A stretch of DNA of 64,000 nucleotides from a virus (taxonomy: Duplodnaviria > Caudoviricetes). Below are positions 31,001 through 41,054 of this stretch, piece by piece. Every line of letters starts with the position of its first letter. Within the stretch, counting starts at the first letter, position 1. The stretch spans positions 32,001 through 96,000 of IMG/VR virus record IMGVR_UViG_3300028903_000004. The stretch is one strand, 5' to 3'. The notes beneath the pieces are model-generated. The model searched no databases. It was not told the DNA's origin and saw only the letters and a list, made by a program, of their open reading frames with translations. The translations under genes were made by a program, and so were the position numbers.

Positions 31001-31748
31001 AAATAAAATTAATGAATCGGAAATTTATATAACCGATATTAAGGATATGCAAGTAGTTAAAAATAATATGAAACCTGATGATAAATTATATGTTATTGGG
31101 AATTCAGAAACGTCTAAAGTTAATGAAGAAAAAGAAATTAATAATAATACCCTTATGATTGTTGAATATTATAAAGATATGGAAGGAGAAACTCCTTTTA
31201 TAGTTAATGGTATTAAATGGATGTATGTATGGGGAAAATATCCTAATGGTAAAATTGATATAGCTGTTTATCGTTTTGACCATAATTTGACTTATGGTTA
31301 TGATTGGTTTAAAAGTTTTATTTTAAATAAACAAACTAATTTGTCACCAAAAAAAGAAATAGGTGAAGATATTAATTCACCGACTAGTACAACTAATAAT
31401 AATCAAAATGGAATTACTCATAAATTTCAAAAGGATGTTGATGATTTATTTCAAAAAATAGCAGATAATGGAAATATTAAATCTGCATTATCTAAAATCA
31501 GTACACCTGTTGAAAAGTATGAATCTATTGTTAGATTCGCTGACTTAATTGGCGTACCTAATGATAAGTTAGGAATGTTAATAAATGACATTAAAAATAT
31601 TTCTACTTCAAATTCAAATCAAACAGAGTCAGTAAAAGAAGAATCAATTAATTCAGGTAACATAAACAATTTAAATGAAAATAAAAATCCTAGAATGACT
31701 AAAGCCGCATTAGCAAATTATATCATAAAATTAAATAAAAACGTTTAA
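30987..31748 (+). CDS. hypothetical protein
   Basis: ORF in late operon. Confidence 0.7.
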   Translation: MKKSKNKINESEIYITDIKDMQVVKNNMKPDDKLYVIGNSETSKVNEEKEINNNTLMIVEYYKDMEGETPFIVNGIKWMYVWGKYPNGKIDIAVYRFDHNLTYGYDWFKSFILNKQTNLSPKKEIGEDINSPTSTTNNNQNGITHKFQKDVDDLFQKIADNGNIKSALSKISTPVEKYESIVRFADLIGVPNDKLGMLINDIKNISTSNSNQTESVKEESINSGNINNLNENKNPRMTKAALANYIIKLNKNV

Positions 31749-31760
31749 AAATAGCATAAA

Positions 31761-33014
31761 ATGGAAAAAGAAGAAAAATATAAAAAACTTATTCAGGACA
31801 TACTCAGTAAAACAAAAACTGATAAAGCCCTCAATGAGAGTCGTGTACGCTATGATGAAGCTCATTCAGAAAGAATGTTACCTAAATTAGAAAGGGATTT
31901 AAGAGAACGTAAACATTCTTTAGGTGACCATCCAATTTTTCCTGAAAGTGATGAACTGCATTTTGAAGAAAAAATTATAGGTGAAAGATTCGGTGAAGTT
32001 ATTCGTGAAGTAAAACGTTATTTTAATACGAATGATATTGATAACGTTAAAATCATGCAAGAAATGTATCCAATGATTAAAGAATGCATGAAAATTGAAG
32101 AGAAAAACAAAAAAGAGTTGGAAGAATTGGCTATTAAAATGATTCGCGATGAATATAATATACCAGAAGACATGGTTGAAATCGAAGCAGAATTGACGCC
32201 AAATATAAATATGGAAGGTACTAAATTAAATGCCATTCCTATTAGAGTTGATGAAGTTGATTTTGATTCTCATGAAGATATTGCAAAAGCTAATTCTGAA
32301 GTTTATAAAAGAAGATTTATAAATGCGATGAATCAAGGTGCGGCCATGAAGACAAATCATATGTTTCATATGGTTGATGAAGATTTAACTAAAATTGACC
32401 CTACACTACCAACAAAATATGGAAAAATCATGTCAGCTGCTGATTATATGTATTATATTGTAGATAATATTGATAACAGTCCAGCTATAACTGGTGGTAT
32501 TGTGAAACTTGAACTCCCTACTAACGAAGATGGAATACCTAAAATCAAAGCACAGGCGATGATATTTCCTGTATTAATACATGAATTAGTTAAAGGAGTG
32601 ATGGAATTATTAGCTGCTCATGGTTTACCGAAAAATCCTAAAATAAGAAATTATGTTTTAGGTAAAGCTGATTATTTAAAAGCTGAAACATGGGATATGC
32701 GATTAGGACCTGCATTATGGAGTAAATTAACTAAACTAATACCACCTGAAGATTTTCATCTTAAACACTATTTATACGCTGATTTGTGTTCATTACCAGT
32801 AGAAAAATTCAATAGTGATATGCGTGAAATTATGGCTGGAACAAAGCTTGGTAAGGATATTGTTAATAAAATGTTAACCAAAATTAAAATCGATTTACAA
32901 AAAGAAGAATTTAATAGGGTTATGGATGAAAGACGACAAGAATCCGAACGAAGCTCTAATATTATTGACAATACTGATGATTTAGAAGACTATTGGAACC
33001 AAATAGGATTTTAA
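31761..33014 (+). CDS. hypothetical protein upstream of terminase (HELxxG motif)
   Basis: 417-aa ORF, PVLIHELVKGVME. Confidence 0.75.
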   Translation: MEKEEKYKKLIQDILSKTKTDKALNESRVRYDEAHSERMLPKLERDLRERKHSLGDHPIFPESDELHFEEKIIGERFGEVIREVKRYFNTNDIDNVKIMQEMYPMIKECMKIEEKNKKELEELAIKMIRDEYNIPEDMVEIEAELTPNINMEGTKLNAIPIRVDEVDFDSHEDIAKANSEVYKRRFINAMNQGAAMKTNHMFHMVDEDLTKIDPTLPTKYGKIMSAADYMYYIVDNIDNSPAITGGIVKLELPTNEDGIPKIKAQAMIFPVLIHELVKGVMELLAAHGLPKNPKIRNYVLGKADYLKAETWDMRLGPALWSKLTKLIPPEDFHLKHYLYADLCSLPVEKFNSDMREIMAGTKLGKDIVNKMLTKIKIDLQKEEFNRVMDERRQESERSSNIIDNTDDLEDYWNQIGF

Positions 33015-33047
33015 AAATGCCTTGAATATCCAAGGCATTTTTTTTTT
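33013..33047 (+). terminator. intrinsic terminator
   Basis: aaaatgccttg...caaggcatttt plus T run. Confidence 0.75.
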
Positions 33048-33200
33048 ATAATAATCAATTAATTTTATTTAATTTTTTAATGATTACTAGAAGCACAATG
33101 AATATTTAAATACTCTTAGACTGAAATACTTGAAATAATAGCTAAATTATGGCTTAATATAGCTATAACCGTACAAAAAATAATATTTTATATAATCAGC

Positions 33201-33208
33201 ATATTTAT
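33201..33208 (+). promoter_or_regulatory. phage late promoter motif ATATTTAT (representative of about 22 copies)
   Basis: same octamer on the sense strand just upstream of terminase, protease, scaffold, baseplate and many small genes. Confidence 0.8.
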
Positions 33209-33221
33209 TATAAAACTAAAT

Positions 33222-35000
33222 ATGTTGACTAATAATGAAATATTAGAAGAATTTGCAAAGGGTCTGGTTAATCCAATATATATTATTGAAAATTATTTAA
33301 AAACATTTGATAAAACTCAAGAAGGTTTTGTACCATTTAAATTATTTCCCAGACAACGTGAAATAATTGAAAGTTACATGAACCACAGATTTTCTATCGT
33401 TGCAAAGCCTAGACAGGCTGGTGTGTCAACGACTACGGCAGCATTTGCCGCCGTTAAAGTGGCTTGGGCTGACCCAGATAATCCCGAAAAAATATTAATT
33501 CTTGCCAATAAACAAGACATGGCACAAGAATTTTTAGCTAAAATTAAAGATTTTTTATCTCAATTACCAAGGTGGGTTTGGGGTTCAAATTATTATGGAA
33601 CTGTAGAAAAAGAGAGTAAAGAAATTTTTTTAACTAATTCTAAAAAGCATTTAGTTTTACCTAATGGTTCGCAAGTTAAAGCTCTTGCTACATCTAAAGA
33701 TGCTCTTCGTGGTTATACACCTACATTCCTTATAATGGACGAGGCAGCATTTATTGATAATGGTGCTGAAGTATTTGGTGCAGCCCTTACAGCACTTGGT
33801 ACTGGTGGTAAAGCTACTTTAATTTCCACACCAAATGGATATGATGAATTATATTGGAAAACATTTGATGGTGCCAGAAATAAAACCAACGATTTTCACA
33901 TCGTTGAAATGCATTGGTATGAAGATTTAAGATATAACAAAGATTTAGTATGGTTAAAATCAAGCCCGAATGGTGATGATATTATTCGCGAAGAAGAAAA
34001 AACTTTTACACTTGAATCTTTTAGGAAACGAATTGATGAAGGATGGAAACCAACATCAAGTTGGTATGAAGAAATGTGTCGTGGTATGAATAATGACAAG
34101 CGAATGATTGCTCAAGAGCTTGATGTTTCATTTGTAGGTTCTGGTGGTAATGTAATTGATGAAGAATTTATTGAATTTCAGGAAAAAAATAATTGTATGG
34201 ACCCAAAATGGGTTAGTGGTAAAAATAAGGAATTTTGGATTTGGGAACAACCGATTGAAGGTCATCAATATATCATGGGTGTTGATGTTGCCCGTGGTGA
34301 TGGTGAAGATAGTTCAACTATTGTTATAGTGGATTTCACAACAATGGAACAAGTGATGGAATACAAAGGAAAGGTCCCGCCAGATTTGTTAGCACAGATA
34401 GTTGAAGAGTATGGGAATTTATATAATGCTTATACTGTGGTTGACGTTATTGGTGTAGGGGTTTCAACTATTTTAAAGTTATTAGAAGTTGGTTATAAGC
34501 GTTTGCATTATGATGAACCACGTAGCAACGTGCTTAAAAATCGTAGAGATTTGAATCAATACACTAAGAATGGTAAAATACCTGGCTTCAATGCGCAATC
34601 GGTTCGTTTACCTATGATTGCAAATCTTGAATATGCTATTAGAACAAATACCATTAAAGTTAGGTCAGTTAGAATGACCTCTGAAATGAGAACATTTGTT
34701 TATAAGAATGGGAAACCAGACCATATGCATGGATGTCATGATGATTTATTGATGTCATTGGCAATGTGTTTATGGGTATTGGAACAAAATTTTAAGAAAT
34801 TGGAAAAATTGGAAAATCAAACAAAAGCCATGTTAAAAAGTTGGGTTTCTAGTAGCTCTTTAAATGAAAAAGAAAAAAGTGGATTTGTGCCAAAAGGTAC
34901 TAAAGAGAGTACTGGACTACCAAATTTTACTCCAAGTATAGCTAAAAATATGCAAGACCCTAAAGGTGAATTTTTGTGGCTATTTAGTGGTATGCGTTAA
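33222..35000 (+). CDS. terminase large subunit (T4 gp17-like)
   Basis: PRQAGVST, LIMDEAAF, ISTPNG, GVDVARGDGED.S, HDDLLMS. Confidence 0.95.
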   Translation: MLTNNEILEEFAKGLVNPIYIIENYLKTFDKTQEGFVPFKLFPRQREIIESYMNHRFSIVAKPRQAGVSTTTAAFAAVKVAWADPDNPEKILILANKQDMAQEFLAKIKDFLSQLPRWVWGSNYYGTVEKESKEIFLTNSKKHLVLPNGSQVKALATSKDALRGYTPTFLIMDEAAFIDNGAEVFGAALTALGTGGKATLISTPNGYDELYWKTFDGARNKTNDFHIVEMHWYEDLRYNKDLVWLKSSPNGDDIIREEEKTFTLESFRKRIDEGWKPTSSWYEEMCRGMNNDKRMIAQELDVSFVGSGGNVIDEEFIEFQEKNNCMDPKWVSGKNKEFWIWEQPIEGHQYIMGVDVARGDGEDSSTIVIVDFTTMEQVMEYKGKVPPDLLAQIVEEYGNLYNAYTVVDVIGVGVSTILKLLEVGYKRLHYDEPRSNVLKNRRDLNQYTKNGKIPGFNAQSVRLPMIANLEYAIRTNTIKVRSVRMTSEMRTFVYKNGKPDHMHGCHDDLLMSLAMCLWVLEQNFKKLEKLENQTKAMLKSWVSSSSLNEKEKSGFVPKGTKESTGLPNFTPSIAKNMQDPKGEFLWLFSGMR

Positions 35001-35021
35001 TATTTATTTAAAAACAAATTT

Positions 35022-35252
35022 ATGGGATTAAAAAATAAAAATGTGTTTATTAGGAAAGTAAATCCTAAAATGGTTTATAGGTGGTCGCCTATGGATGCCA
35101 ATCAAAAGGTAATTAAATCAAAAGGGAAAATCAAAGGTGAATCATGTACCGCTATTCCAAATTCTCAAGGTTATGACAATAAAACTGGTTATGTATATAA
35201 AATAATTAACGATAACCACAACGCGTACATGGAATGTGATTACGTTAAATAA
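35022..35252 (+). CDS. small hypothetical protein
   Basis: late motif 35000-35007. Confidence 0.6.
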   Translation: MGLKNKNVFIRKVNPKMVYRWSPMDANQKVIKSKGKIKGESCTAIPNSQGYDNKTGYVYKIINDNHNAYMECDYVK

Positions 35253-35301
35253 ACTTTATATTTTTAAAAAAATGATTATAATAAACTAAAAAAATCACTA
35301 T

Positions 35302-37371
35302 ATGGCTCAAAAACTAACAATATTTCAAGGATTAACAAGATTATTTGGACCTGATGGTTATGATAAAAATAGACCACTGGATAGTAGTAATAAATATAAT
35401 ATTGGGAATGAGATTTTACTTAAAACCAAAGATAAAGCAGAATATGAAACAGCTAAATTACAAGCTCAGCAGGCAAAATATTTAGGGCAATTATGGCGTA
35501 AGGTTGATGGAGAAATGTTTCAACAATCAATTCATTATGAAGTTACGAGAATTGGTTCGTATGCGGATTTTGAATCTATGGAATTTTATCCTGAAATCGG
35601 AGCTGCATTGGATATTTTTATGGAAGAATCTACGACCGTAAATAATAAAGGTAAAATTCTTAACATTTATTCTGAAAGTAAACGTGTAAAACGTGTGTTA
35701 GAAGATTTATTTTTTAATAGATTAGATATTCACACAAATTTACCGATGTGGGCTCGTAATTTATGTAAATATGGCGATAATTTTGTTTACTTAAATACTG
35801 ATGATAAAAACGGTATTATTGGTTGTAGACAGATGCCTAATTTTGAGATGGAGAGGAGAGAAGGTGATATTTTAAATTCAATGAACGCAAGTAGAGATGT
35901 CTTAACTAATGATAATCAAAGTAATTATAATAGAGTTAAATTTCATTGGAAAACTAAAAATATAGTATTTAACTCATGGCAAATAGCTCATTTTAGATTA
36001 TTAGGTGATGATAGAAAGCTTCCGTATGGTACTTCGTTATTAGAGAAAGCTAGGAGAATTTGGAAACAATTATTGCTTTCTGAAGATGCTATGTTGATAT
36101 ATCGCGTAACTAGAGCACCTGAGCGTAGAATTTATAAAGTTTTTGTTGGTAATATTGATGATAAGGATGTTGAACCTTATATAAATGAGATTGCTAATCG
36201 TTTTAAACGTAAACCAGTTATAGACCCACAAACAGGACAGATGGATTTACGTTATAATCAATTAGCACAAGACCAAGACTTATTTATTCCAGTTCGTGAT
36301 GAAAACGCTGCAACCCCAATTGATACCTTACCAGGTGCAAGTAATCTTTCTGAGATTGCTGATATTCAATATTTGCAAAGGAAATTATTTACTGCTTTAC
36401 GTGTTCCTAAAGCATTTTTAAATTATGAAGATGCTTATGGAGACGGTAAAAATTTAGCTTTACAGGATATTAGATTTTCCAGAACCATTAATCGTATTCA
36501 ACAGGCATTAATTATGGAATTAAATAAAATTGCTATTATTCATTTATATATTCTAGGATTTACAGATGAATTAGATAATTTTATCATTACATTAAATAAT
36601 CCATCTACTCAAGCTGAAATGCTTAAAATTGAATATTTGCAATCTAAAATTACATTATATAATGAAGCTGTAAGAGATTCTGGTAATGGTTTTGCTGCTA
36701 TGTCAATGACAAGAGCTAAACGTGATATTCTTGGATGGTCTGATGAAGAAATTAAACAAGATTTACTTGAACAAAGAATGGAAAGAGCAGCTGCAGCTGA
36801 GCTTGAAAAAACCGCTAAGATTATTAAGCATACGGGTATTTTTGATAAAGTTGATAAAATTTATGGTGACCCTAACTATGACCCATATACTGATACTGAA
36901 GAAGGTGATATTGGTAGTACTAGTAAAAAAAGTGGGGGTAGTGGATTTGGTGGTGGATTTGGTGGCGGATTAGGTGGCGGATTAGGTTCTGAAATAGGCG
37001 GAGCTGGTGAAAAAGAACTAGAATTCGGCGGTGAGGAAGGTGAAGAAGCTGCTGGTGATGAAGAACCTGAAGCTGGATTAGATTTAGGTTCTGAAGAAGC
37101 AGTTTCACCTGAAGAAGCAACACCGACTAAAGAAACTATTAAAAGAGCGGGAAAAATATTAACTGAAAAAAAACACATTTTAAGTAAAAAATTAGAATAT
37201 CGTCAAAAAAAATATCAAGAAAATTTTCTTGATAAATTAACAGGTTCATTAAATAAAGAAGACCATTTAAAGGATGAAATTACTAAGATTTATGATAAAA
37301 GTATAAAAATTAATGAAGGTATTAATAATATTATTGGTGATATTGATGAATTACTTAAAGGAAGTGATTAA
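35302..37371 (+). CDS. portal protein (T4 gp20-like)
   Basis: EDAMLIYRVTRAPERRIYKVFVGN, IDTLPG, LFTALRVP. Confidence 0.95.
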   Translation: MAQKLTIFQGLTRLFGPDGYDKNRPLDSSNKYNIGNEILLKTKDKAEYETAKLQAQQAKYLGQLWRKVDGEMFQQSIHYEVTRIGSYADFESMEFYPEIGAALDIFMEESTTVNNKGKILNIYSESKRVKRVLEDLFFNRLDIHTNLPMWARNLCKYGDNFVYLNTDDKNGIIGCRQMPNFEMERREGDILNSMNASRDVLTNDNQSNYNRVKFHWKTKNIVFNSWQIAHFRLLGDDRKLPYGTSLLEKARRIWKQLLLSEDAMLIYRVTRAPERRIYKVFVGNIDDKDVEPYINEIANRFKRKPVIDPQTGQMDLRYNQLAQDQDLFIPVRDENAATPIDTLPGASNLSEIADIQYLQRKLFTALRVPKAFLNYEDAYGDGKNLALQDIRFSRTINRIQQALIMELNKIAIIHLYILGFTDELDNFIITLNNPSTQAEMLKIEYLQSKITLYNEAVRDSGNGFAAMSMTRAKRDILGWSDEEIKQDLLEQRMERAAAAELEKTAKIIKHTGIFDKVDKIYGDPNYDPYTDTEEGDIGSTSKKSGGSGFGGGFGGGLGGGLGSEIGGAGEKELEFGGEEGEEAAGDEEPEAGLDLGSEEAVSPEEATPTKETIKRAGKILTEKKHILSKKLEYRQKKYQENFLDKLTGSLNKEDHLKDEITKIYDKSIKINEGINNIIGDIDELLKGSD

Positions 37372-37412
37372 CTTTCTATAGAAATATTATATTTATTAGA
37401 AAAGATTTAGTT

Positions 37413-38186
37413 ATGCAAAATTTCGGTAAAATAAAAAATGCTTTCAATGAAGTTCTAATTGAAGGAATTTTAAAAAAGTCTGATAAAAATAAAAAAATTT
37501 TTCAGTCTTATATTAAGGCATTAAAAGAAGATAAAATTTTAAAGACTCAATATTTAGTTTATAAAAATTTAGAATCTAAAGTTGAGCCAGATTTAAATAT
37601 GGCGATAGATTATGTAAATGAAAACATTTCCTTACTAAAAAGTTTTTCTCCGAAACAAATTATTGAAGCTAATAAAAAATTAGTTAAGCTATTAGGTGAA
37701 TTTAAAAAAATGTTAGATGAAAAATATGATGAAAAATTAGAAAAACTTCATGAAAATATTTCATATTTAGTTACACATAAAAATACTAACATTAATGCTA
37801 CATTTAATCGTAAAAAACAAATTGCAGAATATATTATCATACCAAAATCAAAAGAACCGATTTCTGAAAACATAGTACCTACTAAAGTCTTATGTGATAT
37901 AGCTATTAGAAGATTTAATGAAAAATATTCTGACCTAACTGAAAATGAAAAATCTTTAGTTAAGGTTATTATTGAATCGGATAGTGAAAATCAAACAATT
38001 TTTTTTAAGAATATTAAAAATACGTGTATTAAATTAATTGACGAAAATCTTAAAAATGCAGATATAGAAACTAAAGAAAAATTGTTAACTGTTAAAGATA
38101 AATTATTAAATTTGGAATTTAACCAAGAAACATTTTCGGAAAGTGCTATAAAATTAATAAATTTAGCTAATGATTTGAGTGAATAG
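37413..38186 (+). CDS. head-region hypothetical protein
   Basis: late motif 37389-37396; between portal and protease. Confidence 0.7.
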   Translation: MQNFGKIKNAFNEVLIEGILKKSDKNKKIFQSYIKALKEDKILKTQYLVYKNLESKVEPDLNMAIDYVNENISLLKSFSPKQIIEANKKLVKLLGEFKKMLDEKYDEKLEKLHENISYLVTHKNTNINATFNRKKQIAEYIIIPKSKEPISENIVPTKVLCDIAIRRFNEKYSDLTENEKSLVKVIIESDSENQTIFFKNIKNTCIKLIDENLKNADIETKEKLLTVKDKLLNLEFNQETFSESAIKLINLANDLSE

Positions 38187-38559
38187 AGTTATGATGGAAC
38201 AAGCAAACTGGGAACTAATTGTTCATAGGCTAGATACAATAGCTAAAAATCAGGAAGTCACTACTGATAAATTGAATAATATTGAGGAAAAACTTACAAA
38301 ATTTGAAAGTATTAAAGATTCAGTTAATGACCTTAAAAGTTGGAAAAGTTCATTACAACAAGTCATATCAACGAATGAATTAAAAGAATTAAGGTATTGG
38401 AAACTGAAAATGGATGAGATTACATCACCGAAATTATTAGATGAAACACTAAAAGATATCGATAAACTCAAAACATTTAGGACCCAAGCTTTAATGATAT
38501 GGGTGGTTGTTCAAGCTATAATGGTTGTATTAATTTTTTTAAAAGATATTTTATCTTAA
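38179..38559 (+). CDS. coiled-coil protein with C-terminal TM (possible holin-like)
   Basis: heptad repeats then ALMIWVVVQAIMVVLIFL. Confidence 0.5.
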   Translation: MNRVMMEQANWELIVHRLDTIAKNQEVTTDKLNNIEEKLTKFESIKDSVNDLKSWKSSLQQVISTNELKELRYWKLKMDEITSPKLLDETLKDIDKLKTFRTQALMIWVVVQAIMVVLIFLKDILS

Positions 38560-38629
38560 GATTTTTATAAAAACATCCTATTGACAAATCCTGATTTCAT
38601 ATTATATTTATGATATCAGGATTTTTTAT

Positions 38630-39064
38630 ATGAAACGTGGTAAAGAATTTAAAGTAGATGTAATTCCGAATTTAAATGTTGTATTTGGTACAACGGACAA
38701 TAAAAAGCCAAAATCAGTATACATTAATATATCTGGATGGGCAGACCCTATAGTTGATGATAATTTTAATTACAACAGAATTATACAAAATATTCATAAA
38801 CAAATTAAACAAAATATATATAATTATGGTAATCATTCTATCTTTAATTTAAATAGAACTATTGTGGATTTTGATATGCGTCAATCTGGAATTATATTTG
38901 GAAAACGAAGTTATATGAATTGTGAAATTGTATTATATCAAAATAGTGAATATGCTCTAATGTCAGATGAATTAAATGAAGCTTTAATGAATATTTTAAA
39001 TGTTGTAGTTAATAAAAATTTAAATGATAATAAGTATTTTAAATTTCATAGAAAGAAAGAGTGA
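38630..39064 (+). CDS. hypothetical protein
   Basis: ORF. Confidence 0.7.
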   Translation: MKRGKEFKVDVIPNLNVVFGTTDNKKPKSVYINISGWADPIVDDNFNYNRIIQNIHKQIKQNIYNYGNHSIFNLNRTIVDFDMRQSGIIFGKRSYMNCEIVLYQNSEYALMSDELNEALMNILNVVVNKNLNDNKYFKFHRKKE

Positions 39065-39153
39065 TGATAAAATATTATAATAAATTTAACCCCTAATCAA
39101 TTTGGTTAGGGGTTTTTTATTTATATACATATATTTATTATGAAAATGGTAAT

Positions 39154-40899
39154 ATGTATAGTGATGAGTTAAAAATATTAAAACCAGGTCAAACTGGGTT
39201 TGGAATTATGATTGAACAAGACGCAGGTTATATTTCTCCTAATGATATTAGGAATAAACCATTCTTAAATGAAATGCAAAAATTGGGTGAAGGTAAGGGT
39301 ATAATGATTGAACCGTTAATAGTTTATGCAGTTCTACAAAAATATGGTGTTGAAAATAGAAATGGGCGTATTTATCCAGAAGCTATTCTTAAGAGAGAAG
39401 TAGAAAAATATCAGCAATTAATTCGTGAAAAACGTGCAATAGGTGAATGCGTTCCAATTGGAACCGAAATATTTACTAAAAATGGCTGGAAACGAATTGA
39501 AGAAACAATTATTGGAGAAGAAATATTAACATTGAATATTAATTCAGACCAATTAGAATTTCAAAAAATTACTAATACTACTAAAAAAATGTATAATGAT
39601 GATATGATTCATATATACAATAATAGTAGTTTTGATATAATGGTTACTAAAAAACATAAAATTGTTTTATGGGATAGAAATAATAAACCATATATTTTAA
39701 CAGGTGAAGAGTTATATAATAAATTAATAAATAATGATTCAAAAATTAGTCATTCATATATTAAACATTCCGCCAATTGGATTGGAAAGGAACCTGAGTA
39801 TTTTAACATTCCCAACTCAGATATAAAAATTAAAACAGAACATTGGGCTGCATTTTTAGGAATATTTTTGAGCGAAGGACATTGTAGCGGAAGTAAAGGT
39901 GGTAAAAAAAAGAATTTAGTTTGTATTACGCAAAAAAAAGAAGAAACAAAAGAAAAAATTATTAATCTTCTTAATAAACTTCCTTTTAAATATTCTATAT
40001 CTGGTAATAGGCAATTTAATATTTATGATGATAAACTATATGAATATTTATTTGAGTTAGGAAATTCTCACGAAAAGCACATTCCAAGTTACGCTAAAGA
40101 ATGGTCTAAAAATTTATTAAATATTTTACTTGATTGGTTATTAATTGGGGATGGTAAAAATAGGAAAAATAGGAAAAATAGTTTGTTAAAAGAATATTTC
40201 ACAACATCAAATAAATTAGCTGAAGATGTTTTTGAGATAATGTTAAAATTGGGGAATGGTGCTACGATGAATGTTATTTCTCCTGTTGACCGAGAAATTG
40301 AAGGGCGAATTATTTTAGGTGAAAATAGTAAACCATTACATTTAATTCATGAAAGAACATCTAAAGGAATTTATATGGATACTAGATATATAAAAACAGA
40401 ATTAGTACCTTTTAATGAAAATGTGTATTGTGTAACTGTACCAAATGGTACCTGGTTAATGCGATATAATGGGAAAATATCTTGGACACATAATAGTGAC
40501 CATCCAGAAACTTCAATTATATCTAACGATAGAATTTCACACAATATTTTAGAAACATGGTGGGAAGGTAAAACATTGTTAGGTAAATTAGAAATTATAA
40601 TGTCTCCAGGTTTCATCAATCAAGGAATTATTTCTTGTCAAGGTGACCAAATTGCAAATCTTCTTAGAAAAGGAATCATGGTAGGTGTTTCATCTAGAGG
40701 TGTTGGTTCATTAGAAGAAGTTGCAGGTAAACATATCGTACAAGATGATTTTGAATTAATTTGTTGGGATATTGTTACAAGTCCAAGTACACCAGGTTCA
40801 TGGATTTTTAATAAAAAAGAAGATATGAGGGGATTTTCTGAAAGCAAAATAAATAAAAAGCCTATTTTAATTGATAAATTAAATAAATTTTTATCATGA
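39154..40899 (+). CDS. prohead protease (T4 gp21-like) containing an intein
   Basis: NRNGRIYP, AIGE|intein|SDHP, SH, GVSSRGVGS, DIVTSPST. Confidence 0.93.
   Translation: MYSDELKILKPGQTGFGIMIEQDAGYISPNDIRNKPFLNEMQKLGEGKGIMIEPLIVYAVLQKYGVENRNGRIYPEAILKREVEKYQQLIREKRAIGECVPIGTEIFTKNGWKRIEETIIGEEILTLNINSDQLEFQKITNTTKKMYNDDMIHIYNNSSFDIMVTKKHKIVLWDRNNKPYILTGEELYNKLINNDSKISHSYIKHSANWIGKEPEYFNIPNSDIKIKTEHWAAFLGIFLSEGHCSGSKGGKKKNLVCITQKKEETKEKIINLLNKLPFKYSISGNRQFNIYDDKLYEYLFELGNSHEKHIPSYAKEWSKNLLNILLDWLLIGDGKNRKNRKNSLLKEYFTTSNKLAEDVFEIMLKLGNGATMNVISPVDREIEGRIILGENSKPLHLIHERTSKGIYMDTRYIKTELVPFNENVYCVTVPNGTWLMRYNGKISWTHNSDHPETSIISNDRISHNILETWWEGKTLLGKLEIIMSPGFINQGIISCQGDQIANLLRKGIMVGVSSRGVGSLEEVAGKHIVQDDFELICWDIVTSPSTPGSWIFNKKEDMRGFSESKINKKPILIDKLNKFLS
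39448..40494 (+). mobile_element. intein with LAGLIDADG homing endonuclease (349 aa)
   Basis: starts CVPIGTEIFT, block B VT..H, FLGIFLSEG and LDWLLIGDG, ends VYCVTV...WTHN with Ser at +1. Confidence 0.92.
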
Positions 40900-41054
40900 T
40901 ACAATCCGCGTTTTTTTAGCATTTAAATAAGATTTAATAAAAAAAATGTAAAAATAAGCTTAAAATGTAAAACATTTTTTATCAGATAATTAATTTTTTC
41001 ATTTTAAGCATATATTTATTAACAAAGAATAATCTTTTATTGAACTATTTGACA

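Noticed and set aside
33130-33170. Short atagcta repeats upstream of terminase as a possible pac site
   Set aside because: Only 7-8 bp in very AT-rich DNA; indistinguishable from chance.
33400-33440. Terminase Walker A lacking the usual GKT lysine (KPRQAGVST)
   Set aside because: The KxRQxG[VIF]S variant is common in phage terminases; not evidence of inactivation.
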